From a virus, in the IMG/VR virus record IMGVR_UViG_3300042195_000059, positions 1-64,000 of that record: a DNA stretch of 64,000 nucleotides. One strand, 5' to 3'. Numbering within the stretch: the first letter of the stretch is position 1; each line of letters opens with the position of its first letter. The position numbers and the translations under genes are program-made. The notes under the pieces are model-generated. The model worked only from the letters and a program-made list of their open reading frames with translations. It had not been told where the DNA came from and did not search any database. Below, piece by piece: positions 18,300 to 26,537 of this stretch.

Positions 18300-18566
18300 T
18301 TAGCCGTCATTATTAACTCGATTGTAGGCGATCACAAGTGAATGCGGCTTCTTCTGACGTAGCGCAATGACTAGAGCATCCGAACAGATAACATTCTCAA
18401 TCCTGGCGACAGTGGCGACGTTCAGATATGAACCGTCTGGCATCTGCTTGAATTTTTGAATATTGGATAAAAGATGGTCAGCCTTGGCGCGAAGGCGTTC
18501 ATACGTGGCGTCTGGTATTTTTACGACCCTGGCGCGGTCATGACGCTTGAATGTTATTTCAGGCAT
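18300..18566 (-). CDS. Hypothetical protein
   Basis: 88-aa ORF with lower GC than the flanks. Confidence 0.4.
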   Translation of the reverse strand: MPEITFKRHDRARVVKIPDATYERLRAKADHLLSNIQKFKQMPDGSYLNVATVARIENVICSDALVIALRQKKPHSLVIAYNRVNNDG

Positions 18567-18571
18567 TTGCC

Positions 18572-18829
18572 TTAGCTCCCGTCATTGGCGGTCTCGGCTC
18601 CAAGTTCGGCAACGCGCTTCGCCAGCCGGTCGCGCTCATTCTTCAGCTCGATCAGATTGACGATTGCAGTCAATCGCTCGTTCTCGGCGTGCAGCCGGTC
18701 CAACTCAACTCCCATATCGACAAGCTGAGGCAAATAGTTGATCAGCGTTACCTTGGCAAATTCCGGGCTTTTTCCGATACTGCGCCGGATTGCGTCGGTC
18801 AGTTCTTCCATGCGGTCACGGTAGCTCAT
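18572..18829 (-). CDS. Hypothetical coiled-coil protein
   Basis: 85-aa ORF. Confidence 0.4.
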   Translation of the reverse strand: MSYRDRMEELTDAIRRSIGKSPEFAKVTLINYLPQLVDMGVELDRLHAENERLTAIVNLIELKNERDRLAKRVAELGAETANDGS

Positions 18830-19088
18830 CTGTTAAGCTCCTTGAGCTTGGCGCTGGCGGGTCAGCGGAAGGCTCCTCATTGAGGATATCATTCAGCATC
18901 GCCGCGTCATAAGGCATCCGTTGAAGCCAAACGACGAGGATCGCCACCGGTCTCGGTATCGGATTTTCTCCGCTACACCAGCGGCGCACCTGGCGCGCGT
19001 CCCTGCCCATCATTTCGCCCCACTCCCTCTGGGTAATGTCCAGATCCTTCAGGAGCTTGTGCAGATCTTGTCCCGTCACGTTCTTCAT
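18816..19088 (-). CDS. HTH DNA-binding protein (XRE-like)
   Basis: Start moved to ATG 19088 (MKNVTGQDLHKLLKDLDITQREWGEMMGRDARQVRRWCSGE..), a typical HTH. Confidence 0.5.
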   Translation of the reverse strand: MKNVTGQDLHKLLKDLDITQREWGEMMGRDARQVRRWCSGENPIPRPVAILVVWLQRMPYDAAMLNDILNEEPSADPPAPSSRSLTDELP

Positions 19089-19135
19089 GACAAGCACTAT
19101 AGGACATTTTTGCAGTGTTTTCCAGCGAAAAGAGC

Positions 19136-19164
19136 TTGACAAGCGGACGCTGGCGTCCTATATT
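19136..19164 (+). promoter_or_regulatory. Near-consensus sigma70-type promoter with a palindrome in the spacer
   Basis: TTGACA (19136-19141), a 17-nt spacer, then TATATT (19159-19164). The spacer contains GGACGC-TG-GCGTCC (19145-19158). Confidence 0.6.
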
Positions 19165-19288
19165 GGAGTTATCAGCCACGGAAACCGACCTGGGACGTGC
19201 AGTCTAACAAACGGTCTCAGGTGCTACTCAGCAAAAACGGGCGGCGATACGATCTCTCTTCAAGGCGATTTCAACCTTGGAGGAAAAC

Positions 19289-19492
19289 ATGACCCCGCAA
19301 GACCAGAAAACAGTGGATATGGCTATGGGCCGCATTTTCGGAATGATGATGCGCCCAACGCAGGACGGCGATTTGCAAGAATACCAGCGTTGCCGCAACC
19401 TTATCCTTGATCTGACTGAGGGCACAATCGACACATCAGACCGTAGCCCTTGCTATATCCGTGACCGCAATAAAGGCGCTCAGGGAGACTGA
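19289..19492 (+). CDS. Small hypothetical protein (moron cassette gene 1)
   Basis: ATG 19289 is preceded by GGAGGA (19279-19284). 67 aa. Confidence 0.45.
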   Translation: MTPQDQKTVDMAMGRIFGMMMRPTQDGDLQEYQRCRNLILDLTEGTIDTSDRSPCYIRDRNKGAQGD

Positions 19493-19522
19493 CGTAATCC
19501 TCTTGGCGGCTCTTCGGAGTCG

Positions 19523-19578
19523 CCTTGAAGGGAGATCGATAAGCGAAAGCCTTCAAGGAATGATCTGAACCTTGGAGG
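19523..19578 (+). promoter_or_regulatory. Three-element RBS-sequestering RNA motif
   Basis: The elements are CCTTGAAGG (19523-19531), CCTTCAAGG (19550-19558) and the RBS CCTTGGAGG (19570-19578). The middle element can pair with either flank. Confidence 0.45.
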
Positions 19579-19586
19579 ATTTAGAA

Positions 19587-19817
19587 ATGCTCAGGCCAAC
19601 ATCTAATCTAACAGCAGGTGAAACGAAGCAGTACGTCAACGATAAGCTATCCGAATACATCGTGATCGCATCGAGTAGGGCTTTTAGAGGTCAGCGCAAG
19701 CGATTTCTTTTCCAGCCCCTCAGTGGCGATTATATCGTTGAACTTGATCTCGAAAAAATCGAGATCGGGCCTGCTACCGAACTTGACCGGCTGGTACAGG
19801 TTTTCAACGAAACCTAA
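19587..19817 (+). CDS. Small hypothetical protein (moron cassette gene 2)
   Basis: ATG 19587 lies after AACCTTGGAGGA. 76 aa. A weak hairpin at 19826-19849 follows the stop. Confidence 0.45.
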   Translation: MLRPTSNLTAGETKQYVNDKLSEYIVIASSRAFRGQRKRFLFQPLSGDYIVELDLEKIEIGPATELDRLVQVFNET

Positions 19818-20089
19818 CCCCTCTCGGGACGGCCTTTACTGGTCGTTCCCTTGAAGGCTTTCGTAATCAGCTATTCAGGGAATACAGGTCCGCGCATTTC
19901 TACTTCCTCGGATTAAGTAAGTATTTGCGTAGCAGGCATGGCGCGAAGTCAACTCGCTCTTGCTCAAGATCACCTGAATTGTGTGGAGAGTGCTTGCTCA
20001 TGCCGGAGCGCAAAAGGAATGATTTCTGCGTCGAGGCGCAAAATTAACCATTCTAGTAATTTCATCGATAATTCATGACATTACAAATG

Positions 20090-21076
20090 TCAAGCGCTTT
20101 CCTTCAATGAAGCTGTGGATAACTCCATCAACGATGAATTAACGTCCTTGCGCAAAGCTTTCCGCTCCTGTCGCTGCCTGAATTGGTTCATCTCCCACTC
20201 GACATAGAGAAAGTTTAAATGCTGCGCCAGCTTGCGATAGTTGCCGATGTACGCGCCCTTGCCGACTCTATCGTCCGTCGATGACGATATTATCTTGCCT
20301 TGCTCGACTGGCGACAGGTAAAACTGATCTCGCTTTTTGTTTCGGTCGCGCGGCATGAGCTGATCGACAAGAATGTCCATATCCGCTTGAGATTGCTCGG
20401 GGAGGCGGGAATAAACATATTGCCGAGCACCGATCTCCATGCGCTCTTTCTCGCTGAACGGAAGCCGCCCGGAGACGTCCGAGGACTGGAACTCTGGCTG
20501 CCGGTTATCTTCGCCAGTCAACCGCATGAAGCCCTCGGACACCATCGTTCCGACAAAGAAACGGAAAATCGCCAGAGCCTCAATATCCTGGATTGCCTTA
20601 TCGAGAAACGACGTGCGCTTGACGGCCTCCGGCGGCGTCAACGGCGCGCGATCGACGGCGCGCACAACCTTGGGAGCGCCGTTCGGGGCGAGGTTGTCCT
20701 CGTGGAAACCGAACTCCGTCTTGGCGTTCCGTTCGCGCGTCGGCTGTCCCATGTGTGCAGGATTGTACGGCTTCCTGGATCGCGGCGGCTTGCGTGTGTC
20801 GGCAATGCGGCGAATTTCTTCAGCCTTCCGCACCACGCGAAGCTTACGGCGCTCTTCCTCGATGAACTCTTGCTGCTCTTCTGCATCCTGCTTTCGCTTG
20901 GCGAGCACTTCCTTTTGCTCAGGCGTTGCGCCGAGCCGGACCGCCCTATTGTCGCGGCGCTTGATCTCGCCGCTGTCCATCAGTTCGATCGTGACGGCCG
21001 GGTCTCGGTCTGGCGCTTCCGCCGACTGTTCATCCGGCGAACCCTTCAGGACGATTTTCTTCGTGCGTTTGCTCAT
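20090..21076 (-). CDS. Hypothetical basic protein (328 aa)
   Basis: Long ORF. ATGA overlap with the upstream gene. K/R/E-rich N-half. Confidence 0.5.
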   Translation of the reverse strand: MSKRTKKIVLKGSPDEQSAEAPDRDPAVTIELMDSGEIKRRDNRAVRLGATPEQKEVLAKRKQDAEEQQEFIEEERRKLRVVRKAEEIRRIADTRKPPRSRKPYNPAHMGQPTRERNAKTEFGFHEDNLAPNGAPKVVRAVDRAPLTPPEAVKRTSFLDKAIQDIEALAIFRFFVGTMVSEGFMRLTGEDNRQPEFQSSDVSGRLPFSEKERMEIGARQYVYSRLPEQSQADMDILVDQLMPRDRNKKRDQFYLSPVEQGKIISSSTDDRVGKGAYIGNYRKLAQHLNFLYVEWEMNQFRQRQERKALRKDVNSSLMELSTASLKESA

Positions 21077-21276
21077 TCTGCCCTCGGCTTCACCAATTTC
21101 ACCCTGAGCCCCTTGGCATCGGAGTATTCAAACTTCCGCCAGACCTCGTATTCGCCGTTCTGAAAATGCTTTTCGGGAATGAAAATCTCATCCTTGCCGA
21201 GCATGTTCATGAGGCTGGCGACAATCTCCATGTACATCTGGTTGTCGTCCTCGTCTGGTTCAGGTAGGTTGCTCAT
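21073..21276 (-). CDS. Hypothetical protein
   Basis: 67-aa ORF, abutting both neighbours. Confidence 0.4.
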   Translation of the reverse strand: MSNLPEPDEDDNQMYMEIVASLMNMLGKDEIFIPEKHFQNGEYEVWRKFEYSDAKGLRVKLVKPRAE

Positions 21277-21543
21277 TCAGTTTCCCCTCGGCTGCCGATT
21301 ATCCAAAGTGACGTTGCAAAAGTCCTGAATGTCCAAGAAAATCTCCAATGGAACCTTATGGCCGGTCTTCTGAATCATGGTGAGAATTTTCGTGAAATCA
21401 GATATGCTGTCCATTGACCAATGGAACTTATGAGCTTCGGCGAAGAGCGTGACGAGGAACTTCCCTTCGATGAAGCTCGCATCGATATCGCTTTTCTTGC
21501 CGAAACTGGTAAACCGGATGCCGCCCGTTGAATCTGCGCTCAT
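21277..21543 (-). CDS. Hypothetical protein
   Basis: 88-aa ORF. Confidence 0.4.
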   Translation of the reverse strand: MSADSTGGIRFTSFGKKSDIDASFIEGKFLVTLFAEAHKFHWSMDSISDFTKILTMIQKTGHKVPLEIFLDIQDFCNVTLDNRQPRGN

Positions 21544-21549
21544 TCTGCC

Positions 21550-21759
21550 TCAATCCCCTCGATTTCCTGCCGGATGGCCTCGGCGCCAAGCCACGTATCG
21601 CAAAGCGCCACCGCAGTATGAGCCGACAGCGTCTCCTTGGTGGGTCTCCCATTCTTCGATGGCTTTCAAATCCATCTGCTCGCCGGGAGGCTTGGCGACC
21701 TCGGTGATGTAAGCCAACGCTTTCGAGCGGATGTGTTCGACGTATTCGCGTTCTGTCAT
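21550..21759 (-). CDS. Hypothetical protein
   Basis: 69-aa ORF. Confidence 0.4.
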   Translation of the reverse strand: MTEREYVEHIRSKALAYITEVAKPPGEQMDLKAIEEWETHQGDAVGSYCGGALRYVAWRRGHPAGNRGD

Positions 21760-21806
21760 TCAAATGCACCTCAGATCTGGCGTATAGGGGTCGCACAGCG
21801 GCGAAG

Positions 21807-22385
21807 CTAGTCCTCGGCTCCGAATGTACCGGAGGAATTTGAAGCGGCTCCTGCGGCTTCCCTGCCGCCTTTCCCTTCGTTCCGAAGATGTGTGATTTCT
21901 TCAACGTGCCTGTCTGCTTCGAGCGTGAGTTCTGCGACTTGGGCTTCAAGCTCCGCGACCCTACCCCGTGAGGCTTCAAGCTCCGCTATTCTGGCGTCCT
22001 TAAGAAAGCCTCGTTGTGTTAGATCGAACGTCGCCCTCGCCACTGTGAAAGCATTCGCCCATGCGGCTGACCGGCCTTTCTCCGTGACCAGCTTGTCGAA
22101 CATGTGCCAGTAACCGCTTAGGGTTTCAGATTTCTCCATCTCATCCGCTTCAGCGCTGATCTTTTCGAGATACTCAAGCTCCGCGACCCGCTCCCGTGAG
22201 AGGTCTTCGCCTTCAGCTTCAAGAGCGGCGGCTATGGCGGAGACGAGATCGGCAGAAAGCTGAGCGCTGATCGATAATGCCATAGGCGGGTAAACGGATT
22301 TGGCGTTATCAACGATCGCGCGCGCCCGGTCTGCCGGGGTGTCAACGTTCGGTGACTTTTCCGAATTGTCAGTGATCGTTGTCAT
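21807..22385 (-). CDS. Coiled-coil protein
   Basis: 192 aa with repeated ..RVAELE.. heptads. Confidence 0.45.
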   Translation of the reverse strand: MTTITDNSEKSPNVDTPADRARAIVDNAKSVYPPMALSISAQLSADLVSAIAAALEAEGEDLSRERVAELEYLEKISAEADEMEKSETLSGYWHMFDKLVTEKGRSAAWANAFTVARATFDLTQRGFLKDARIAELEASRGRVAELEAQVAELTLEADRHVEEITHLRNEGKGGREAAGAASNSSGTFGAED

Positions 22386-22609
22386 GCTGCCCTCCTCATG
22401 CGATATTTCGAAAGATCGATGATCTCTTCACCGCCGCCCGGATCATCGTCGGGACCGTCCTCGGGATCTGGATCGCCGTAGCGCCAGCCCTCGCAGACCA
22501 GCGCGAGACACGCGAGCGACTTGGTGGCAAACTCGTCACCGGCATCCGCCCGGCGCTCAAGCTCCTTGACGTGCTCGTAGTAGAGTTCGGAGACGGATTT
22601 CTCGGTCAT
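22382..22609 (-). CDS. Hypothetical acidic protein
   Basis: Start moved to ATG 22609 (MTEKSVSELYY..), which gives an ATGA overlap with the upstream stop. Confidence 0.4.
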   Translation of the reverse strand: MTEKSVSELYYEHVKELERRADAGDEFATKSLACLALVCEGWRYGDPDPEDGPDDDPGGGEEIIDLSKYRMRRAA

Positions 22610-22893
22610 TCCGGCGATTCCCTTGTCCAGCGTTTCCATGTGTGCTGCTTGGCAGCCTCAAGCCAGCCAAGCTCCTCCGGCCGTGTCATGCCGCAACGAT
22701 AGGATTCAACCGTGGACGTGCCATCGCCTTCAACTTCGTCTATGATCACGATGATGGCCTTGGTCGGCTTCTGGAAATCGCCGCGGTCAATGTCGGCGAG
22801 AGCCAGCGCCAGCAGATCCCGGACGCTGACATCCTTGTTGTCGGGATTGCGGCGCAAGCGTTCGATGTGGAAATCTGCCGTGTTCTCGCTCAT
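22606..22893 (-). CDS. Hypothetical protein
   Basis: Start moved to ATG 22893 (MSENTADF..) with GAGGG upstream. Confidence 0.4.
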   Translation of the reverse strand: MSENTADFHIERLRRNPDNKDVSVRDLLALALADIDRGDFQKPTKAIIVIIDEVEGDGTSTVESYRCGMTRPEELGWLEAAKQHTWKRWTRESPE

Positions 22894-22946
22894 GTTCCAT
22901 TTCCCTCTATGCGCAATGCGCAACTATCTGGCGCTCTATGCGCAAG

Positions 22947-23231
22947 TTACGCGGGTTGCTCATTGATATCGACACTCCCGATACAAACCTCTTCCGGCCA
23001 TGTCTGCGGGGCAAGCGGTCCGGTTTTCAGCAGTTGCAAGATCCGCGCCGCAGCGGCCCGTGCCGTAGGATGTGTGGAAGGCGGCCCGATGCCGTCCGGG
23101 CGATGATCGTGAACCTCGAACTGCCCGTCGATCTCGACGATCATCAGAGTTCTGTGCGCTGTCGCAATGCGTTTGAAGCTATCCTGCCGGATCTGTTCAA
23201 TGTGGGCAGCGATCTTTTCTTCGTAGGTCAT
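22947..23231 (-). CDS. Hypothetical protein
   Basis: 94-aa ORF. Confidence 0.4.
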   Translation of the reverse strand: MTYEEKIAAHIEQIRQDSFKRIATAHRTLMIVEIDGQFEVHDHRPDGIGPPSTHPTARAAAARILQLLKTGPLAPQTWPEEVCIGSVDINEQPA

Positions 23232-23605
23232 ACATCCTCGCTTTGAGTGCCAGAATTGTCTGTTTGAGTGCCAGTTTCGGGGTTGAGTGCCAAACGGTCG
23301 AGACGTTCGATCTCAGCGATGATAAGCGCGGCGGCGCGGATGAGATCATAGCGCCGAGTTTTTGGCTTCCACCAATATCCCGTCCAAGGCCACAGCCTTG
23401 GTGCTGTGACAAGAATAGACCGGTCCCGATCACTCAAGGCAGCATGTTCAGCATAGCAAGAGGCAGCCGCTGCCATCTGGCCGCCAGTGTGCGTATCATC
23501 ATGCACCGGAGTCCAATTTTCCGCGCCGATCTGCCGTGCGCGCTCATCCGCGATTTCCGAAAGTATCTCTGACGTTTTCATGCCGAGTTCGATGTCTTGT
23601 CTCAT
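23228..23605 (-). CDS. Hypothetical protein (125 aa)
   Basis: Only the 3' part of tracked ORF 23228-24052 is used. ATG 23605 (MRQDIELGMKTSEIL..) overlaps the upstream stop as ATGA. The upstream part of the tracked ORF is R-rich and overlaps two better ORFs. Confidence 0.5.
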   Translation of the reverse strand: MRQDIELGMKTSEILSEIADERARQIGAENWTPVHDDTHTGGQMAAAASCYAEHAALSDRDRSILVTAPRLWPWTGYWWKPKTRRYDLIRAAALIIAEIERLDRLALNPETGTQTDNSGTQSEDV

Positions 23606-23811
23606 TTGATTTTCCCTTCTCCCCGGAACCTGGCTCCACGCTGGTTGATCCCGCCGGTGTCCTTCCCGTAGAAAACCTCGTTTACAGCGTCCCGGTGCTT
23701 CTCGACGATGCTGTCGTAGGTTTCGCCTCTTTGCTCGAACCGGTTCATTCCCTGATTGAGGGCTTCGCATAGCTGGGTGAGGATTTCGATTGTGGGGTCT
23801 GTTATTCCCAC
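23602..23811 (-). CDS. Hypothetical protein
   Basis: 69-aa ORF. Confidence 0.4.
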   Translation of the reverse strand: MGITDPTIEILTQLCEALNQGMNRFEQRGETYDSIVEKHRDAVNEVFYGKDTGGINQRGARFRGEGKIK

Positions 23812-24068
23812 GGCGCGGCTCCGTCATATGGATCGGGCGTTCCCTGCCAATCCGATGTTCGCTCAGTAATGCGCGGGCCATCGTCCGCCAGATAGCATTT
23901 GGCGTCCTCATAATGCTGGATATGGCGGCACTTCTTGCACGTGTCCCAATATTTAAAATAGTAAGGCGCTGCCGGTTTTGGCTTCCATCCAGACGGGTGC
24001 GCCTTTCTCGCCATTGGCTTCCTGCATTTTGGGCACGGGCTTCCCTTGCCAATCACTTTAGATTTCAT
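23802..24068 (-). CDS. Zinc-ribbon protein
   Basis: CPKC...CKKC cysteine pairs. Confidence 0.45.
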   Translation of the reverse strand: MKSKVIGKGSPCPKCRKPMARKAHPSGWKPKPAAPYYFKYWDTCKKCRHIQHYEDAKCYLADDGPRITERTSDWQGTPDPYDGAAPWE

Positions 24069-24403
24069 GCCGCATCCTCACCGCCATTCAGCCCTTCATA
24101 CGCTCGGCTGCTTTTCTCTATGACGCGGGCGACCGGCTCGCTGATATGCTCCCAGGCGTCGGGAAGCTCCGCGATGTGATCGTCCGGCCGATCCGCAAAT
24201 GATCCGCACCAGTCGCCGCCGAAAGACTGCGGCCAAGCGCCCTCAATGGCGCGAGCCGGAGCCATTACGGGGACCGGCGGGGACACGCGGCATTCACCGG
24301 CGCGGCGCTCAACCGGCATCTCCGAAGCCGTGACGCCGCCGTAAAGAGCGTTCATCTTCCACCAGCGGCAGTACATGCAAATTCGTTTCTGATCGCTGCT
24401 CAT
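24065..24403 (-). CDS. Hypothetical protein
   Basis: 112-aa ORF with 4-nt overlaps on both sides. Confidence 0.4.
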   Translation of the reverse strand: MSSDQKRICMYCRWWKMNALYGGVTASEMPVERRAGECRVSPPVPVMAPARAIEGAWPQSFGGDWCGSFADRPDDHIAELPDAWEHISEPVARVIEKSSRAYEGLNGGEDAA

Positions 24404-24660
24404 GCGTTAAATCCTTCCTCTTCCAGAACCCGGCGTTTTTCTGCTTCGAATTCCTCTCGGCCACAGATTTGCCAGTGTTTCAGACAAAGCCATTCGGGTA
24501 TATCGAACTTTGCAAACTGGTTTTTCTTGACGGGTCCATATGGCTTTACCTGCGACTTCGGAAGATAGAATACATCTTCACCTTTTGCATTTCTTGAACA
24601 TTTTAGCGCCTTGCCGCTAGATGTCTGCTCGATTACATAGATGTCCACAGTTCTTTTCAT
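24400..24660 (-). CDS. Hypothetical protein
   Basis: 86-aa ORF. Confidence 0.4.
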   Translation of the reverse strand: MKRTVDIYVIEQTSSGKALKCSRNAKGEDVFYLPKSQVKPYGPVKKNQFAKFDIPEWLCLKHWQICGREEFEAEKRRVLEEEGFNA

Positions 24661-25436
24661 GTCAGCCTCACTTTTTTACGTGCGCTTGCTATAGTCTTTT
24701 CTGCCTCCATCTTGTCCAAGCCAGTGGCTTGCGCGGCTTCTGCCAGCGTGGCGGCCCCGCCTGCGTCCAGAAGGCCCGTCTCGGCAGCGCGGCAAGCCGC
24801 CCAGAAAAGGCTGTTGTTCCGGACGCCCTCGCCGGATCTGGCGACGAAATTGACGAGCGGTGCGATGTCGGCAGATGGCTTTTGATCCGACCGCTTGAAA
24901 ACAGGTGGGGGCGCTGGCTTCAGCTTCTTGATTGCCCATGCCGGGAGTTTGGGGAAATCGCCGCCAAGCGGTGAATTTTCCCACCTATAGCGCTTGCCTC
25001 CGTCCAGGACGGAAGGCGGCGCGACCACATAGCCGCCCGTGGTTTTGATATCGATGCCGGGAGCCAGAACAGACTTGGAATTCTTCAGGCTCGGCTCATA
25101 GGCGTAATAAAAATGCGTCCCGCCGTTGGCCGTTCTGGCTGTCACCGTCGGCGGAAATTCAAAGCCTGCCTTCTTCAGATCGGCCACGGATTTGTCAGAT
25201 CCATTGCGCGGGTCCAGATCGATCACGATGCATTTCGACGGCAGCCCGGTCGCGATGCCGATGTTGGCCTTGGGTAAATGCCACGCCCAATCCTCGATTA
25301 TGTCGTCATCGTCAGTCGCATCGAGGCATCCCCGGCCGCCTTTCGCCTTTGAAATGGCAGGGATTTTTGCACCAGCCAGGAGCGGAAAGATCTTGAATCC
25401 GAGCGGCACAAGATAGAACGCTGCATCAAGAAACAT
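24657..25436 (-). CDS. Bifunctional DNA primase/polymerase (Prim-Pol) N-terminal domain protein
   Basis: ..GFKIFPL..K.P....GG..DATDD...I..W....ANIGIATG....VIDLDPRNG...GTHFYY..GIDIKTTGGYVVAPPS.. matches the Prim-Pol pattern. Confidence 0.75.
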   Translation of the reverse strand: MFLDAAFYLVPLGFKIFPLLAGAKIPAISKAKGGRGCLDATDDDDIIEDWAWHLPKANIGIATGLPSKCIVIDLDPRNGSDKSVADLKKAGFEFPPTVTARTANGGTHFYYAYEPSLKNSKSVLAPGIDIKTTGGYVVAPPSVLDGGKRYRWENSPLGGDFPKLPAWAIKKLKPAPPPVFKRSDQKPSADIAPLVNFVARSGEGVRNNSLFWAACRAAETGLLDAGGAATLAEAAQATGLDKMEAEKTIASARKKVRLT

Positions 25437-25439
25437 GGC

Positions 25440-26537
25440 TCAATCCTTCCAGATTTCTTTGACGCCCTGCGTAGCAATGGAGTCATGTGAAAGCCGGAAT
25501 TCATTGGCGATGAACTTCGCCGCGACGGTGCCTTTCCTGCCCATCTTGCGCTCGACCTTCGCCTTGTCGAGGCGGATGATCGAATGCCCGTTCTTGGGGT
25601 CAAATTTCTTTGTGCGCGCAATGCAGATGCCCCGATCGGCCTTGTTCCCAAAGTTCGAAGATCCGAAGGCATGGCCGATCTTGAACGGCTCGATTCCGCC
25701 ATCGCCCTTGATGAACTTGCCGGGGATATGCGTGGCAATCACCATGATGATTTGCAGCTCGTCCACGAGATCGCGGAAAGCGCGCATGACATCCTTGACG
25801 TAATCGGTTTCCATCTGGCGCGGGTCGCGCTGATGATCCATTTCGTTCCATGGATCTAGGAAAAAAAACCGCGTTCCGTAGCGCCGGAAATGGTAGCGGA
25901 CGAGATCCATGTACCACGAGACAAGCCGATCCTCGGACGCACGCCGGCGAACGAAATGGATCTTGTTCATCAGGTCCGGCGCGCGGTTATCGTTGGCGAA
26001 CAGGTTGATGTTGCGCTTGACCTCGCTGCCCAGATCTTCCCAGGAGCACAGCATAGCGCCGCTGCCCAGCATCCGGCCGGCTTCGCTCTCATGAACGAAG
26101 TTCGCTGCAAGGATCTGGCCGATTGTGGATTTGCCGCAGCCATAAGGCCCGCAGAGAATAACCAGTTCTGGCAAGCGCCAGTACCATCCAAGCTCAGCTT
26201 GCAGGAAGGGAATGCCGGTCGGGTAAACCTTGAAATCTTCTTCCGTGATCTGCGAAACCGGGACCACATCATCCCAGAACAGATGCTTCGGCGATCCGAT
26301 CCGAACAAACAGATCATCGCCTTTTTGGAGATCCACATAGCTTAGCCGAGACGCGTCGAGCCCCCTTGCCATCAGGGACAGAGCCGCATCTTTCGGCTCA
26401 TCCCCACGTCCCAGCACGATCAGTTCTCCGCTCGACAAATCGGCCTGTTCCAGATCGGAAAGCATGTACGCCGTTTCGTTGACATCGCGCAGACTGTTGA
26501 AATCGTCCACGGACATCGTGAGCCACGTTCGGGTCAT
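25440..26537 (-). CDS. P-loop replicative helicase (DnaB C-terminal/RepA-like)
   Basis: Start moved to ATG 26537 (MTRTWLTMSV..), an ATGA overlap. Walker A CGPYGCGKST. Walker B FFFLDPWNE. Confidence 0.7.
   Translation of the reverse strand: MTRTWLTMSVDDFNSLRDVNETAYMLSDLEQADLSSGELIVLGRGDEPKDAALSLMARGLDASRLSYVDLQKGDDLFVRIGSPKHLFWDDVVPVSQITEEDFKVYPTGIPFLQAELGWYWRLPELVILCGPYGCGKSTIGQILAANFVHESEAGRMLGSGAMLCSWEDLGSEVKRNINLFANDNRAPDLMNKIHFVRRRASEDRLVSWYMDLVRYHFRRYGTRFFFLDPWNEMDHQRDPRQMETDYVKDVMRAFRDLVDELQIIMVIATHIPGKFIKGDGGIEPFKIGHAFGSSNFGNKADRGICIARTKKFDPKNGHSIIRLDKAKVERKMGRKGTVAAKFIANEFRLSHDSIATQGVKEIWKD

Noticed and set aside
20300-21163. 287-aa and 222-aa plus-strand ORFs
   Set aside because: They are antisense to the 328-aa minus-strand gene, which fits the ATGA-coupled operon. 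Their composition is Leu/Arg/Ser-rich, shadow-like.
23606-24052. Upstream 149 codons of tracked ORF 23228-24052
   Set aside because: The translation is R/N/P-rich and implausible. It overlaps two better ORFs (23602-23811, 23802-24068) that are chained by start-stop overlaps. An internal ATG at 23605 gives an ATGA junction.
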